A DNA stretch of 64,000 bases from Candidatus Velthaea sp. (GCA_050012475.1 JBEKHC010000005.1:18587-82586), one strand, 5' to 3'. Counted from the first letter of the stretch, positions 8,770-19,830 are shown. Program-made: numbers and translations. The notes: generated from the letters alone by a model not told the origin.

Positions 8770-10500
8770 GTGTTGGACACGATCGATCTCACCCCAATCC
8801 GCCTCGGCATCGCCGCCCGTCCGGCGGGCGTCGACGCCGATATCAAGCGCAAGAAGCGCCGCGAAGGCAAGGGCCGGCCGGTCGATCCTGCGGCGCTGGC
8901 CCAAGTGCGCGAGCTGTTGGGCGACGAGCCGCGACGGCGCGATCTGCTCATCGAGCATCTGCACAAAATCCAAGACCGCTATCACTGCATCAGCGCCGAG
9001 CACATCGTGGCGCTGGCCGACGAGATGCGCTTGGCACCCGCCGAAGTCTTCGAGGTCGCGACGTTCTATCACCATTTCGACGTGGTGAAGGAAGGCGACA
9101 CTCGTCCGCCGGCGATCACGATCCGCGTCTGCGAAAGTTTGTCGTGCGAGTTGGCGGGTGCGAACAGTCTGCTCGCACTGCTCGCCGACGGCAGTTACGG
9201 CGCGGGTGTCCGCGTGCTGACTGCTCCGTGCGTCGGGCGCTGCGAAGTCGCGCCGGTTGCCGTCGTCAATCAACACGTGATCGGCCATGCAACGGTGGCC
9301 GACGTCGACGATTGCCTCGAACGCGGTGCCGTTGAGGCTGACGTCGGCGGCTACGTCGACCACACGCGGTACGTTCGCGAGGGCGGCTATGCGCTGGCGC
9401 GGTCGTGCCTTGCGGGAAGGCGCGACGTCGACGAAACGATCGCGGCGCTCGAACACTCGGGTTTGCGCGGGCTGGGCGGCGCCGGGTTTCCAACCGGGCG
9501 CAAGTGGAAGATCGTGCGCGGCGAACCGGCGCCGCGCTTGATGGCGGTCAACATCGATGAAGGCGAGCCCGGGACGTTCAAGGACCGCTGGTATCTCGAG
9601 CGCGATCCGCACCGGTTTCTCGAAGGAGTGCTGATCGCGGCGTGGGCCGTCGGCATCAGCGAGGTCTACATCTACTTGCGCGACGAGTACGCGCACGTGC
9701 GCACCATTCTCACGCGCGAATTGGAGCGGCTGCGCGCCAACGCGCCGGTCCCGCTGCCGGACATTCACCTGCGGCGCGGCGCGGGCGCATATATCTGCGG
9801 CGAAGAGTCGGCGATGATCGAGTCGCTCGAGGGGAAGAAGGGCATGCCGCGGCTGCGTCCGCCGTTCGTCGCCCAAGTCGGTTTGTTCGGCCGTCCGACG
9901 CTCGAGCACAATATGGAAACGCTGTATTGGATCCGCGAAATTCTCGAGCGCGGACCGCAGTGGTTTGCCGCTCACGGCCGCAACAGCCGCAACGGCTTGC
10001 GGTCGTTCTCGGTCAGCGGGCGCGTGCGCCGGCCCGGCGTGCACGTCGCGCCGGCCGGCATCACCGTGCGCGAACTCATCAGCGAATTTGCCGGCGGCAT
10101 GTTGCCCGGTCATACGTTTTACGGCTATTTCCCGGGCGGTGCGTCGGGCGGCGTGCTGCCCGCGGCGATGGGCGACATCCCGCTGGATTTCGACACGCTC
10201 AACCCGTACGGATGCTTCATCGGTTCGGCGGCGATCATCGTGCTCTCCGACCACGACACCGCGCGCGCTGCCGCGCGCAACATGCTGCGTTTCTTTCGCG
10301 ACGAATCGTGCGGGCAGTGTACGCCCTGCCGGGTCGGCACGGCGAAAGCGGTGGCGCTCATGGAAGGCGAGACCTGGGACAAACCACTGCTCGACGATCT
10401 CGCCAAGGTGATGGTCGACGCGTCGATCTGCGGTTTGGGGCAAGCGGCGCCCAATCCGTTCTTGTGCGCGATGAAGTATTTCCCCGAGGAGTTTTCCTAA
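8770..10500 (+). CDS. NAD-linked formate dehydrogenase beta subunit (NuoE+NuoF-like diaphorase)
   Basis: EVATFYHHF, CESLSC/CVGRC 2Fe-2S ligands, GLRGLGGAGFPTG, DEGEPGTFKDR, GAYICGEE, ESCGQCTPCRVG. Confidence 0.92.
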   Translation: MLDTIDLTPIRLGIAARPAGVDADIKRKKRREGKGRPVDPAALAQVRELLGDEPRRRDLLIEHLHKIQDRYHCISAEHIVALADEMRLAPAEVFEVATFYHHFDVVKEGDTRPPAITIRVCESLSCELAGANSLLALLADGSYGAGVRVLTAPCVGRCEVAPVAVVNQHVIGHATVADVDDCLERGAVEADVGGYVDHTRYVREGGYALARSCLAGRRDVDETIAALEHSGLRGLGGAGFPTGRKWKIVRGEPAPRLMAVNIDEGEPGTFKDRWYLERDPHRFLEGVLIAAWAVGISEVYIYLRDEYAHVRTILTRELERLRANAPVPLPDIHLRRGAGAYICGEESAMIESLEGKKGMPRLRPPFVAQVGLFGRPTLEHNMETLYWIREILERGPQWFAAHGRNSRNGLRSFSVSGRVRRPGVHVAPAGITVRELISEFAGGMLPGHTFYGYFPGGASGGVLPAAMGDIPLDFDTLNPYGCFIGSAAIIVLSDHDTARAAARNMLRFFRDESCGQCTPCRVGTAKAVALMEGETWDKPLLDDLAKVMVDASICGLGQAAPNPFLCAMKYFPEEFS

Positions 10501-10501
10501 C

Positions 10502-13294
10502 ATGGCCATCGCTCCGCCCCGCACCGCCGCCGACGGCGCCCAAACCGAAACGCTCACCACGTTTTCGCTGAACGGGCAAGACGTCACGGCGCGGCTGGCC
10601 GAAACGATCCTGCAAGCCGCCGACCGGCACGGCGTGGCCATCCCGCGCCTGTGCTACAAAAACGGTTACCGTCCCGATGGCAACTGCCGCGCGTGCATGG
10701 TCGAGATCGAAGGCGAACGGGTATTGGCGCCGTCGTGTTGCCGCGTTCCCACGCCGGGGATGAAGGTGACGTCCGACAACGAGCGCGCGCGGCGCGCGCA
10801 AAAGCTGGTCGTCGAACTGTTGCTCTCCGACATGCCCGGGCAGTCGGCGTCGCCCTACAAACGCGATTCGGAGCTGGACCGCTGGGCCGCTGCGCTCGCC
10901 GTCGGTGCGCCGCGCTTCCCGGAAAGGCGGCAGCCGCCGCCGGATCTTTCGCATCCGGCGATGTCGGTCAATCTCGACGCCTGCATCCAGTGCGGACGCT
11001 GCGTGCGCGCTTGCCGCGAAGTGCAGGTCAACGATGTGATCGGCTATGCCGGGCGCGGCGCGCATGCCAAAATCGTGTTCGACCTCGACGATCCGATGGC
11101 AGCGAGTTCGTGCGTTGCCTGCGGCGAGTGCGTGCAGGCCTGTCCGACGGGCGCCTTGATGCCGTCGAACAACGTCGGCCTGATCGTGCCCGATACGAAA
11201 ATCGATTCGGCGTGTCCGTACTGCGGCGTCGGGTGTTTGTTGACGTTCAACGTCAAGGAGAACACGATTCTCTCCGTCGACGGCCGCAACGGGCCCTCGA
11301 ACGCGAGCCGGCTGTGCGTCAAAGGCCGCTTCGGCTTCGACTACATTCACAACCAGAACCGGCTGACGACCCCGCTCATCCGCCGCACCGGCGTACCCAA
11401 AAGCGCCGAGCTCGTCGATCCCGAAGCGCTCGAGAGCGTCTTTCGCGAAGCGACGTGGGAAGAAGCGCTCGACGCCGCGGCGGCCGGGCTGCGCGCGATT
11501 CGCGATGCGCAGGGTCCGTCGGCGCTGGCCGGGTTCGGCTCGGCCAAAGGCTCGAACGAAGAAGCGTACCTGTTTCAAAAACTCGTGCGCACGGGATTCG
11601 GAACGAACAACGTCGATCATTGCACGCGCTTGTGTCATGCCTCGTCGGTGGCGGCGCTGCTCGAGGACATCGGCTCGGGCGGCGTCTCGAACCAAGTCGC
11701 CGACGTGTTGCTGGCCGACGTCGCGATCGTGATCGGCTCGAATCCGACCGTCAACCATCCCGTCGCCGCGACGTTCATGAAGAACGCGGCAAAAGCCGGA
11801 ACCAAACTCATCGTCATGGACCCGCGCCGCAACGACATGGCGCGCCACGCGGCCTACTATTTGCAGTTCCGTGCCGACACCGATGTCGCGCTGCTCAACG
11901 CGTTCATGCACACGATCATCGAAGAGGGGCTGGCGGACGAGGCGTTCATCCGCGAGCGCACCGAGAACTATGCCGCGCTCGCGGCGCTCGTTGCCGACTA
12001 TCGCCCGGAGAAGGTCGCGCCGGTTACCGGGATCGATGCGAAAACGATCCGCGAAGTCGCGCGGCTGTATGCGACGTCGAAACGTTCGATGATCTTTTGG
12101 GGCATGGGCATCTCGCAGCACGTTCACGGGACCGACAACGCGCGCTGCCTGATCTCGTTGGCGCTGTTGACCGGGCAGATCGGCCGCCCGGGCACCGGAC
12201 TGCATCCGCTGCGCGGACAAAATAACGTCCAAGGCGCTTCGGACGTGGGCCTCATCCCCATGTCGTTCCCCGACTACGCGCGAGTCGACAACCCCGCCGC
12301 GCACGAACGCTTCGAGGCGCTGTGGGGCATGCCGCTCGATTCCAAACCGGGCCTGACCGTTACCGAAGTCATGGATGCGGCGCATGCCGGGACGCTGCGC
12401 GGCATGTACATCATGGGCGAGAACCCCGCGATGTCCGACCCGAACGTCGCGCACGCGCGCGATGCGATGGTGCTTTTGGAGCATCTCGTGGTCCAGGACA
12501 TTTTCTTCACCGAGACCGCCGGTTTCGCCGACGTGATTTTGCCCGCGTCGGCCTTCCCGGAGAAGACCGGCACGTTCACCAACACCGACCGGCGCGTGCA
12601 GATGGGGCGCAAAGCCGTCGACCCTCCCGGCCAGGCGCGTCAGGATCTGTGGATCATCACCGAACTCGCGCGGCGCATCGGACTGGACTGGAATTACCGC
12701 GGGCCGCAGGACGTGTTCGCCGAGATCCGGCGGGCGACGCCGTCGATGGCCGGCATCACCTGGGAACGGCTCGAAGCGGAGGGGTCGTGCACGTATCCGC
12801 TCGAGCATGAAGGCGACCCCGGGCAGCCGGTGATCTTCGTCGATTCGTTTCCGCGCGCGGGCGGCCGCGCGCTGTTCGCGCCGGCGGCGTTCAGCGCCGC
12901 GGCCGAACTGCCCGACGACGCGTACCCCTTCATCTTCACGACCGGACGGCAGCTCGAGCACTGGCATACGGGATCGATGACGCGGCGCGCCAGCGTCCTC
13001 GACGCGCTCGAACCCGAGCCCACCATCGTCATCCATCCCGACGATCTCGCGGCGGCCGGCGCCGAACCCGGCGGCACGCTGACGCTCGAGTCGCGGCGCG
13101 GCACGCTGACGGCGAGTGCGCGCGCCGACCGCGGCATGCAGCGCGGCACGCTCTTCATGGCCTTCGCATACAATGAAGCCGCGGCGAATCTGCTCACCAA
13201 CGACGCGATCGATCCGTTCGGGAAGATCCCCGAGTTCAAGTTCTGCGCCGTGCGCTTGCGCGCTGGAGGAAATCTCGTTGCCTCGCTTTTGTAG
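10502..13294 (+). CDS. fdhF: Formate dehydrogenase alpha subunit (Mo/W-bisPGD, Cys ligand)
   Basis: N-terminal 2Fe-2S and 2x4Fe-4S motifs, CPYCGVGC, LCVKGRFG, DHCTRLCHASS, PLRGQNNVQG, PEFKFCAV. Confidence 0.95.
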   Translation: MAIAPPRTAADGAQTETLTTFSLNGQDVTARLAETILQAADRHGVAIPRLCYKNGYRPDGNCRACMVEIEGERVLAPSCCRVPTPGMKVTSDNERARRAQKLVVELLLSDMPGQSASPYKRDSELDRWAAALAVGAPRFPERRQPPPDLSHPAMSVNLDACIQCGRCVRACREVQVNDVIGYAGRGAHAKIVFDLDDPMAASSCVACGECVQACPTGALMPSNNVGLIVPDTKIDSACPYCGVGCLLTFNVKENTILSVDGRNGPSNASRLCVKGRFGFDYIHNQNRLTTPLIRRTGVPKSAELVDPEALESVFREATWEEALDAAAAGLRAIRDAQGPSALAGFGSAKGSNEEAYLFQKLVRTGFGTNNVDHCTRLCHASSVAALLEDIGSGGVSNQVADVLLADVAIVIGSNPTVNHPVAATFMKNAAKAGTKLIVMDPRRNDMARHAAYYLQFRADTDVALLNAFMHTIIEEGLADEAFIRERTENYAALAALVADYRPEKVAPVTGIDAKTIREVARLYATSKRSMIFWGMGISQHVHGTDNARCLISLALLTGQIGRPGTGLHPLRGQNNVQGASDVGLIPMSFPDYARVDNPAAHERFEALWGMPLDSKPGLTVTEVMDAAHAGTLRGMYIMGENPAMSDPNVAHARDAMVLLEHLVVQDIFFTETAGFADVILPASAFPEKTGTFTNTDRRVQMGRKAVDPPGQARQDLWIITELARRIGLDWNYRGPQDVFAEIRRATPSMAGITWERLEAEGSCTYPLEHEGDPGQPVIFVDSFPRAGGRALFAPAAFSAAAELPDDAYPFIFTTGRQLEHWHTGSMTRRASVLDALEPEPTIVIHPDDLAAAGAEPGGTLTLESRRGTLTASARADRGMQRGTLFMAFAYNEAAANLLTNDAIDPFGKIPEFKFCAVRLRAGGNLVASLL

Positions 13295-13838
13295 ATCCGC
13301 CCGGGCTGTGAGCATCGCGGCGCTGCTGTTGTTCGCGCTTAGCCGCGGCGCGGGGGCGCAGAACGTCCCCGAAACGGCGACGCCGACGCCGGTCGACGCC
13401 GATCGCGCCGCGGTCGCGGCGATCGTGATGGAGTCGGTCAGCGACGTCAAGCGGTGCGGCCTCGCGACCGAAAAGTCGAACGATCCCGAGGTGCGTTTGC
13501 TGTGCCGCAAAGGCTCCGCCGAGAGCGCACGAACGGCCATCGCGGGCATGCAGTTGGCGCAGACCCTGGGTGGGCCGGCCGCCAAGTTACAACCGTCCCC
13601 CCAGACGTCCGCCGAACTCGATACGCTCGCGCAGTATTCGGGACAAGACTTCGATCGCGAATTCTTGCTGGCCGAAATCCGGGACCGGTCCGGCGAGGAG
13701 CTTGACGTGCGCTACGCCGTCGAAGTCGCCAACGACAAATCCGTCAAATCGTACGAAGACGGCGTGCTGCCCAAGCTCGCAGACCAGCTCGAACGCGCCG
13801 AGGGCGCTCTACGCCGAATCAGCGAAGCGTCGCCCTAG
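13278..13838 (+). CDS. Secreted DUF4142-like (ferritin-like fold) protein
   Basis: GGAGGA RBS before TTG 13278; signal peptide; LATEKSNDPEVR and SGQDFDREFL motifs. Confidence 0.7.
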   Translation: MPRFCRSARAVSIAALLLFALSRGAGAQNVPETATPTPVDADRAAVAAIVMESVSDVKRCGLATEKSNDPEVRLLCRKGSAESARTAIAGMQLAQTLGGPAAKLQPSPQTSAELDTLAQYSGQDFDREFLLAEIRDRSGEELDVRYAVEVANDKSVKSYEDGVLPKLADQLERAEGALRRISEASP

Positions 13839-13881
13839 ATACGGTGTTGGTTGTCAAGGGTTTTCGCGCCTCCGGGCGCGC

Positions 13882-13928
13882 AGGCCGTGCTCGACGCGAT
13901 CTGCGGATCGCGTCTGTGCCGGCCTTTC
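13882..13928 (+). terminator. Extended hairpin, putative terminator at the edge of the accessory patch
   Basis: GACGCGATC-tgcg-GATCGCGTC core inside AGGCCG/CGGCCT arms, followed by a short T run. Confidence 0.45.
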
Positions 13929-14183
13929 AGGGTGGTTCATCGAGCCATTCCGTAGGCGGGGTCAAAGTGAAGCCGGATTTGAGCTCGCCGTAAGCCAGCG
14001 TGGGCAGCTTGCACATTGCAGCGGCAACGATGGTCATTTTGGCCGCGATTGCGTAGTCGCTCGGCGAGGGCACGAATTGGCGGATTGTGATTGTAACGAA
14101 TCGCGGTGATCGCGGGAAAGAAAAGTGCCCGTCGCCTTACCCGTCTTGACGAGCCGACTTCGACGCTCTATCGAGCTGGACTG

Positions 14184-15022
14184 TTAGCGAAGCCGGCTGC
14201 GCACTCCCATGCCGAACAAGGGCGGCGGTAGCAGCCGGCGGAGTAGATGCATCGTATGGGCGTCGGTGCCGACGCGGGTGCGGAGTGCGGGGCGTCGCGC
14301 CGTGATCGCTTTCTCTACCGCGCGCCCAACGGCGTCGGGCGCGGTCCCGTTGCTAACGCTGCGCTCGAGCAACCGAGCGATCGCGGAGCGCATGTCCCCA
14401 TACGCTGCGATCGTCGTCGCCGTGGCCGCTCTATTTGCACTAAAATTCGTTTTGATGTAACCCGGCTCGATCAGCAGCGCGCGCAGGCCGAACGGCGAGA
14501 TTTCGTAGTCGAGCTTTCTACGTAACCCTCGAGCGCGTGTTTCGAGGCGCAATAAAACGGCTCGAACGGCGTCGGCAAGAAGCCGGCGATCGAGCCGATC
14601 GTGACGAGCCGGCCGCAGCCTCGGCTACGCATTGCAGGAAGCACCGCCCGGCAGAGCCGCTGCACCCCAAAAAAATTCGTGTCAAAAAGTGCCAGGGCTT
14701 GCTCGGTCGTTGCTTCCTCAAACGCGCCGAGCAAATCGAGGCCCGCATTGTTGACGATCGCATCGATGCGGCCGGTTCTGTTGAGCACCTCGGAGACCGC
14801 AGCCGCGACGCTCTCGTCGCTCGTGACGTCCATAGCGAGCACATCCGGACCATGGCTCTCCGGATCCGGCCGACGCATCGTTGAAAAGACTCGCCTGCCT
14901 GAGTTGCGCAGCCTGGTCACGATTGCCGCGCCAATGCCGCCTGAGGCTCCCGTGACGACGACGGTCTCTCGGCCATCGCTGGTTATCTCTGGCGTCTGAC
15001 TCAGGATGGTGTTCGACATCAT
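14184..15022 (-). pseudogene. SDR family oxidoreductase with one frameshift
   Basis: TGASGGIG, NNAG, YCASK; frame breaks at GYVES/LDYE (about 14513, one C missing); real or a sequencing error. Confidence 0.85.
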
Positions 15023-15067
15023 TTTCAGACGTTTATCTAATCAGAGCGGCGAACCGGCAAAAGATCT

Positions 15068-16448
15068 TTATCGGTCCGGAGACCATGCGCCATGGAATCC
15101 AAAGGGGACGCGAACCGGCAACTTGATCGTTGCCACCGGGCGAGCTGAGAACTCTTGGGCATTTACGATTACGACATCGGAGGCATTTCCATCGGCATCA
15201 TAGACGTAATCCAATACCCACCCGTCGTCTTCGCTCCTTGCGCTTGCGCGCGCAACGAATACCGGCTCGAAAGAAAGTCGCCCCGGACCCTCGTCGTGTA
15301 GTTCCGTTTCGCCGGTCGTAAGGTCATGCTTCATGATGGGTCCGAATCGAACGTTTTCTTTCCAGCCGGCAGTGTACCCGAAGCGATTCGGAAGATCCTC
15401 AAAGGCGCTGTTTGATCCGCGGAAACTCGGTTCCATTCTCATCAATTATGGTTTCAACGAGCGTTCCGCTTCGTTTATTGAGTAGCCAACGAGCGAGAAC
15501 GGGTTTTCCCTTCATTGGTGCCCCGTATATCCGTCGCAAACATTTTCGGATGGCGGCACACGTATGCCACTACATTGCCGCCGCTATCGTAACTGTTCAA
15601 GAAGTGAAACACCCAGCATCGGGGGCTTGGAACCATTGAATCGAGTTTTGGATCTCACCAGATCGCGGTAGCAAACCGACGCGAGCTTCTTGCTGCTCAT
15701 TCCACAAATATGGAAAAGATGACGGACCGTTCGATTTTGGTTGAAACGTGACTGGCAGATCTAAGATAATCACACTCGACGCCGTTAACGCGATATCATG
15801 TATCTGCGGCATATGCGGAAGCGATATCTCGCAGCGCACTGTTGCAATGCCATCAATGCCGACGACGATGTATTGGACGTCTGGCTGACCGGGCTGATAT
15901 GCCAAGGCGTGAAGTTCGCCCGTCGCTGGATCGCGCTTTGGATGCGCGCTGAACCCGCGTGAAAGTCCGCCTAGATTGCTACGCGCAATCGATTCGAGCT
16001 CGTACGAAAATTCGACCGGAAACGGGCCGCCTTCAACCAAAGCATAGCATTGATTGCCAGCTCTGACGACATTCGTATTAACGGCGTAGTCGCCATTACT
16101 AGGCCCGGGAAGTGAGGGAAGTCCCATCGCTTTCGGTCCGGGGCCAACTCGGACGTACCGGCTACGATACCAGTCGGCTTTTTCGTCTGAGAGCCGCGGC
16201 CGTGAAGTAGACCTGTGCCGGTGAACCAGTGATAGTGCTGCCTATCAGGGAGCTGGCGAACCGGATTTGGCCCGATGCGAAGAAATCGACCATTTAGTTC
16301 GCGTGGGATCTCGCCTTCGAATTGGCAACGCAAACGAAGTGGTCTCGAAATCAATCGGCCCAAAATTCCCAGCAAGGTACGGATTATCGATCAACGGACT
16401 AACATCAGGCACCGATCTCATAGCATCGGCGGCTCTCATCGTTTGCAT
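15068..16448 (-). pseudogene. Carotenoid/lignostilbene cleavage oxygenase family gene with multiple frameshifts
   Basis: NPYLAGNFGP, GEIPRELNGRFLRIGPNP, HWFTGTG, NTNV, SAHPK, IHD, VFH, EFPRI, EPVFV, EDDGW, RVPFGFHG distributed over several frames. Confidence 0.88.
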
Positions 16449-17011
16449 CGAGTCTCTCCAGAAAAGCGCTCGACCTACGAGCGAACTTGTTTGCATGCCC
16501 GCATCGGTCCCGCCAGGATCCGAGGGAGTTCACCGCGCCGGAGAGCACAGATTGTTTGTGTGAGCCTCGCCGCCTTGCGCAGCCACGACGTCGTGCGCTG
16601 CGCACGGATCTTCAGTCTTTTCTACATGTTATTCATGAGGCGTCGCTCTACGGTTCCCGCGTGCTTTGTCGACACGTTTGTGATCACTGATCTGCATCCA
16701 AATATCGCATCCGAGATATTGAAAATAGCGATTTGCATTATGCTGTCGCTGGCGCGCGCTTACGGATCGACGTCCGTTGGCGTCTGAGCGCACTCGGGGC
16801 CACCAAAGAAGTCGGATCATAATAGCATGAAGGATCTGACGCTCGTCCGCTGGCGCCAAGGTTGCGAGCGAGCCGCGCAGCGGCTGCGGGCATTCGGCGG
16901 TGACGATGGACCCGAGGATCTGCCAGCGGGCGCTCGTCAGCCTCGCCCAGGCTTAGCGCCCACATACCAATCGAGGCCCAGTCGTTCTAAATTTCTGTAG
17001 AACGTCGGAAG

Positions 17012-17038
17012 TGTCACAAGTCGCCGGGCATCCCGGTC
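17012..17038 (+). promoter_or_regulatory. ECF41 (SigJ)-type promoter
   Basis: TGTCACA-N16-GGTC upstream of the NmrA-like gene; known ECF41 consensus is TGTCACA-N16-CGTC. Confidence 0.7.
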
Positions 17039-17070
17039 CATTAAAGGCAACGTTCTGGCAAGGAGATCAC

Positions 17071-17931
17071 ATGAACGTTTTAGTCCTCGGTGCAACCGGA
17101 CGAGTGGGGCGCGAGCTGATACCCCAGCTTTTTGACCGCGATGCGCATGTTGTGGCCGTAACCCGCCACCCGAAGAGCGCCAATTTACCGGCGCACACGA
17201 CGGTCGTCCAAGGCGACCCTTCATCGCCGCAAAGCATTGCGGATGCGTTGAGCGGCATCGATGCGATCTTTCTGACGCCTTGTGCCGTTGGTGCCGCGAT
17301 AGACTCGCTCCTTCGTCTTGCACGCGATTGCGGGGTCAGGCGGGTCGTCTTCATATCAGCTTTGACGGTTGAGTACGGCGGCGGAGATCCAAAGTTCAGC
17401 GATCAATTCCGCGCCGCAGAAGACATCATCAAAGCGTCAGGTCTCGATTGGACGATCCTGCGGTGCGCCGATTTCGACGCAAATAGCGGCATTTGGATCC
17501 CTCAGATCCGCTCGTCAAAAGTGGTGCGCGGTGCATATGGCGAAGCGGCCACTGCCAGTCTTCACGAGCGCGATATCGGGGCGGTAGCGGCTGTCTGTCT
17601 CACACACGACGGTCACGTACAGGCGACCTACGGACTAACTGGTCCAGAGCGCGTTTCTCAGACCGAGAAGGTGCGACTAATCGGCGAAGCGATCGGCAAG
17701 AACCTCGTGTGGGAAGAAATGCCTGCCGAAGACGTGCGTGATGCGATGATCGCGGCAGGCGTTCCCCAAGAAGTGCCCGAGAGGATGCTTGGGTACCTCG
17801 GAAGCATCGCGGGCAAAGCGGCACCTTGCACTCAAACCGTTCAGCAACTCTTAGGGCGAGATGCGCTCTCCTTCGCTCAATGGGCGCGCGAACACTCGGC
17901 GGAGTTTTCGCAAGTTGCCATGGCGGGCTGA
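17071..17931 (+). CDS. NmrA-like NAD(P)H-binding oxidoreductase
   Basis: AGGAG RBS; VLVLGATGRVG, SGLDWTILR, DIGAVAA, LTGPE. Confidence 0.88.
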   Translation: MNVLVLGATGRVGRELIPQLFDRDAHVVAVTRHPKSANLPAHTTVVQGDPSSPQSIADALSGIDAIFLTPCAVGAAIDSLLRLARDCGVRRVVFISALTVEYGGGDPKFSDQFRAAEDIIKASGLDWTILRCADFDANSGIWIPQIRSSKVVRGAYGEAATASLHERDIGAVAAVCLTHDGHVQATYGLTGPERVSQTEKVRLIGEAIGKNLVWEEMPAEDVRDAMIAAGVPQEVPERMLGYLGSIAGKAAPCTQTVQQLLGRDALSFAQWAREHSAEFSQVAMAG

Positions 17932-18000
17932 AAAGTCAGCGCGTTTTGGCGCCGTTGTAATTGCGACCGGAGCAGCATTCGAGAAGCGGGAGACTCAGTA

Positions 18001-19512
18001 GTGGAAAGTTCTATGGACCAAACTGCCGACCAGCCGATTGACGTGGCAGTCGTGGGCGCAGGACCCGTCGGCCTGTTCCTCGCTCGAGAATTGATCCGGC
18101 GCGGACACGCCGTCAGGCTCTTTGAAAAGAACACGCACCAGTCCGAGCATTCCAAAGCGCTCGCCATCATGCCCAGGACGATGGAAGTCTTCGAATTGGC
18201 GGGAGTGGTCGCGCCGTTCGAGGCGGCGGCTAACCGCGTCATCGCCGCGAGCATCGTGTCGCACAAGCGGGAACTCGGACGGATTCCATTCGCGCCGCAC
18301 GAGTCGCGCTACCCTTACGTCGCCATGGTCCCGCAGGACGTGACGGAACGGCTCCTTCACGACGCGCTCATCGCCGCCGGCGGCAGGGTGGAATATGCGA
18401 CGGAGCTTGTCCGGATCGACCAACGCAACGACGGCGCGACCCTGCACCTGGCCGCGGCCGGCGTCGAGAGCGCCTGCGAAGCGCGCTTCGTCGTCGGATG
18501 CGACGGCGCTCATAGCACCGTCCGGCACCTGATGGACGTGCCGTTCGCCGGAAACGAGTACGCCCAGACGTTCTTACTCGTCGACGCCGAGATAAGCGGC
18601 GATCAGCACGGAGACGCGATGCAGTTGTGTCCGCACGAGTCCGGCCCGCTCGCGATTTTCCCGATGAGCGTCAGCCGGCGGCGCCTGATCGCGATGGTTC
18701 CACCTGATTTCCCGAACCAGCCGACCCTCGAACAAGCCAACGATCTTCTGCTGCGGCGCGGCCCGCGCGGCTTGCGCGCCGAGAAGATCCTCTGGTCGAG
18801 CACGTTCCGCATCCACCATCGGCAGACGCCCCACATGCAGCAAGGCCGTCTCTTCATTGCCGGCGATGCGTCCCATATTCACAGCCCGTTCGGTGCGCAA
18901 GGAATGAACACCGGGCTTCAGGACGCGTGGAATCTTGCATGGAAGTTGGACTTCGTGCTTCGGGGCTGGGGTTCGGACGGATTGCTCGACACCTACTCAC
19001 TTGAACGGCATCCCATCGCGAAGAGCGTCATCTTCGTGACCGACGCGATCACGCGCGCGATGAGCACTCCGAACATGCTGGCCCAGACTGCGCGCGACAC
19101 TTTCATCCCCCTCCTGACGCGCCTCGCCCCGTTCCGCCGCGTCTTTGTGTCGAATCTCTCAGAGCTCGGCGTTTCGATCGGCGGTTCACCAATCGTCGAC
19201 GGGCCTGGGCGCCGGGCCGCGGACGCGATCGTGCGCATCGGTGGCGTCCGGAAGAGAACCTACGAAGTTCTCGGCGATCGCTACCTCCTAATTTGCCCCG
19301 CGGCCGACGCGGCCGTTGCTTCGGCGGCCGACGCGTTGGCGCGGAATTATGGCAACGCGGTGAGCGTTTGCACGCCGGGAACTGATGACGAAAGACGCGT
19401 AAGGCTCGTGCGGCCCGATGCATACGTCGCGTACGACCGCGTTCTCGGCGAAGGAGCTGCTGCGTTCGCGGCAATACGCCGCTTACTTCGGACGCAGGTG
19501 CGAACCGTCTGA
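18001..19512 (+). CDS. FAD-dependent monooxygenase (PheA/TfdB-like aromatic hydroxylase)
   Basis: VVGAGPVGL, GCDGAHSTVR, AGDASHIHSPFGAQGMNTGLQDA, LVRPD. Confidence 0.92.
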   Translation: MESSMDQTADQPIDVAVVGAGPVGLFLARELIRRGHAVRLFEKNTHQSEHSKALAIMPRTMEVFELAGVVAPFEAAANRVIAASIVSHKRELGRIPFAPHESRYPYVAMVPQDVTERLLHDALIAAGGRVEYATELVRIDQRNDGATLHLAAAGVESACEARFVVGCDGAHSTVRHLMDVPFAGNEYAQTFLLVDAEISGDQHGDAMQLCPHESGPLAIFPMSVSRRRLIAMVPPDFPNQPTLEQANDLLLRRGPRGLRAEKILWSSTFRIHHRQTPHMQQGRLFIAGDASHIHSPFGAQGMNTGLQDAWNLAWKLDFVLRGWGSDGLLDTYSLERHPIAKSVIFVTDAITRAMSTPNMLAQTARDTFIPLLTRLAPFRRVFVSNLSELGVSIGGSPIVDGPGRRAADAIVRIGGVRKRTYEVLGDRYLLICPAADAAVASAADALARNYGNAVSVCTPGTDDERRVRLVRPDAYVAYDRVLGEGAAAFAAIRRLLRTQVRTV

Positions 19513-19830
19513 GCCTTCACGAGTGCTGAACTCAACGATTCGTTCCAAGCGTTGATCCCGCTTCGACTGAAAGCAACCGCACTTGCGACTGGTTCAGCGG
19601 CGCACCGGGACGATCTTAAAGGCTATACAGGCTCCGAACGGTAAAATGATCAGCCAGTTCCAGCGACTCCGGGTTCCGCATCGCCGGTAGGGGATGGTCG
19701 TGAAGGTTATCGCGATGGCCGCCATCACAGGGGTGATGATCGTGGAACCGCCTAGGCACGTGCCTTCAGCGATGACGTTCTCCGAGCGCCTCCTGCGCCA
19801 CATCCAAGGCGCCGTGCCGGTCTCATAGAC

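Noticed and set aside
11600..11650. Selenocysteine recoding in FDH alpha
   Set aside because: The active-site position is an ordinary Cys (CTRLCH) with no in-frame TGA
8677..13585. Very long antisense ORFs (654 aa and 1075 aa) opposite the fdh genes
   Set aside because: Shadow frames of high-GC coding sequence; Arg/Ala-rich with no motifs, while the plus strand has clear FDH motifs
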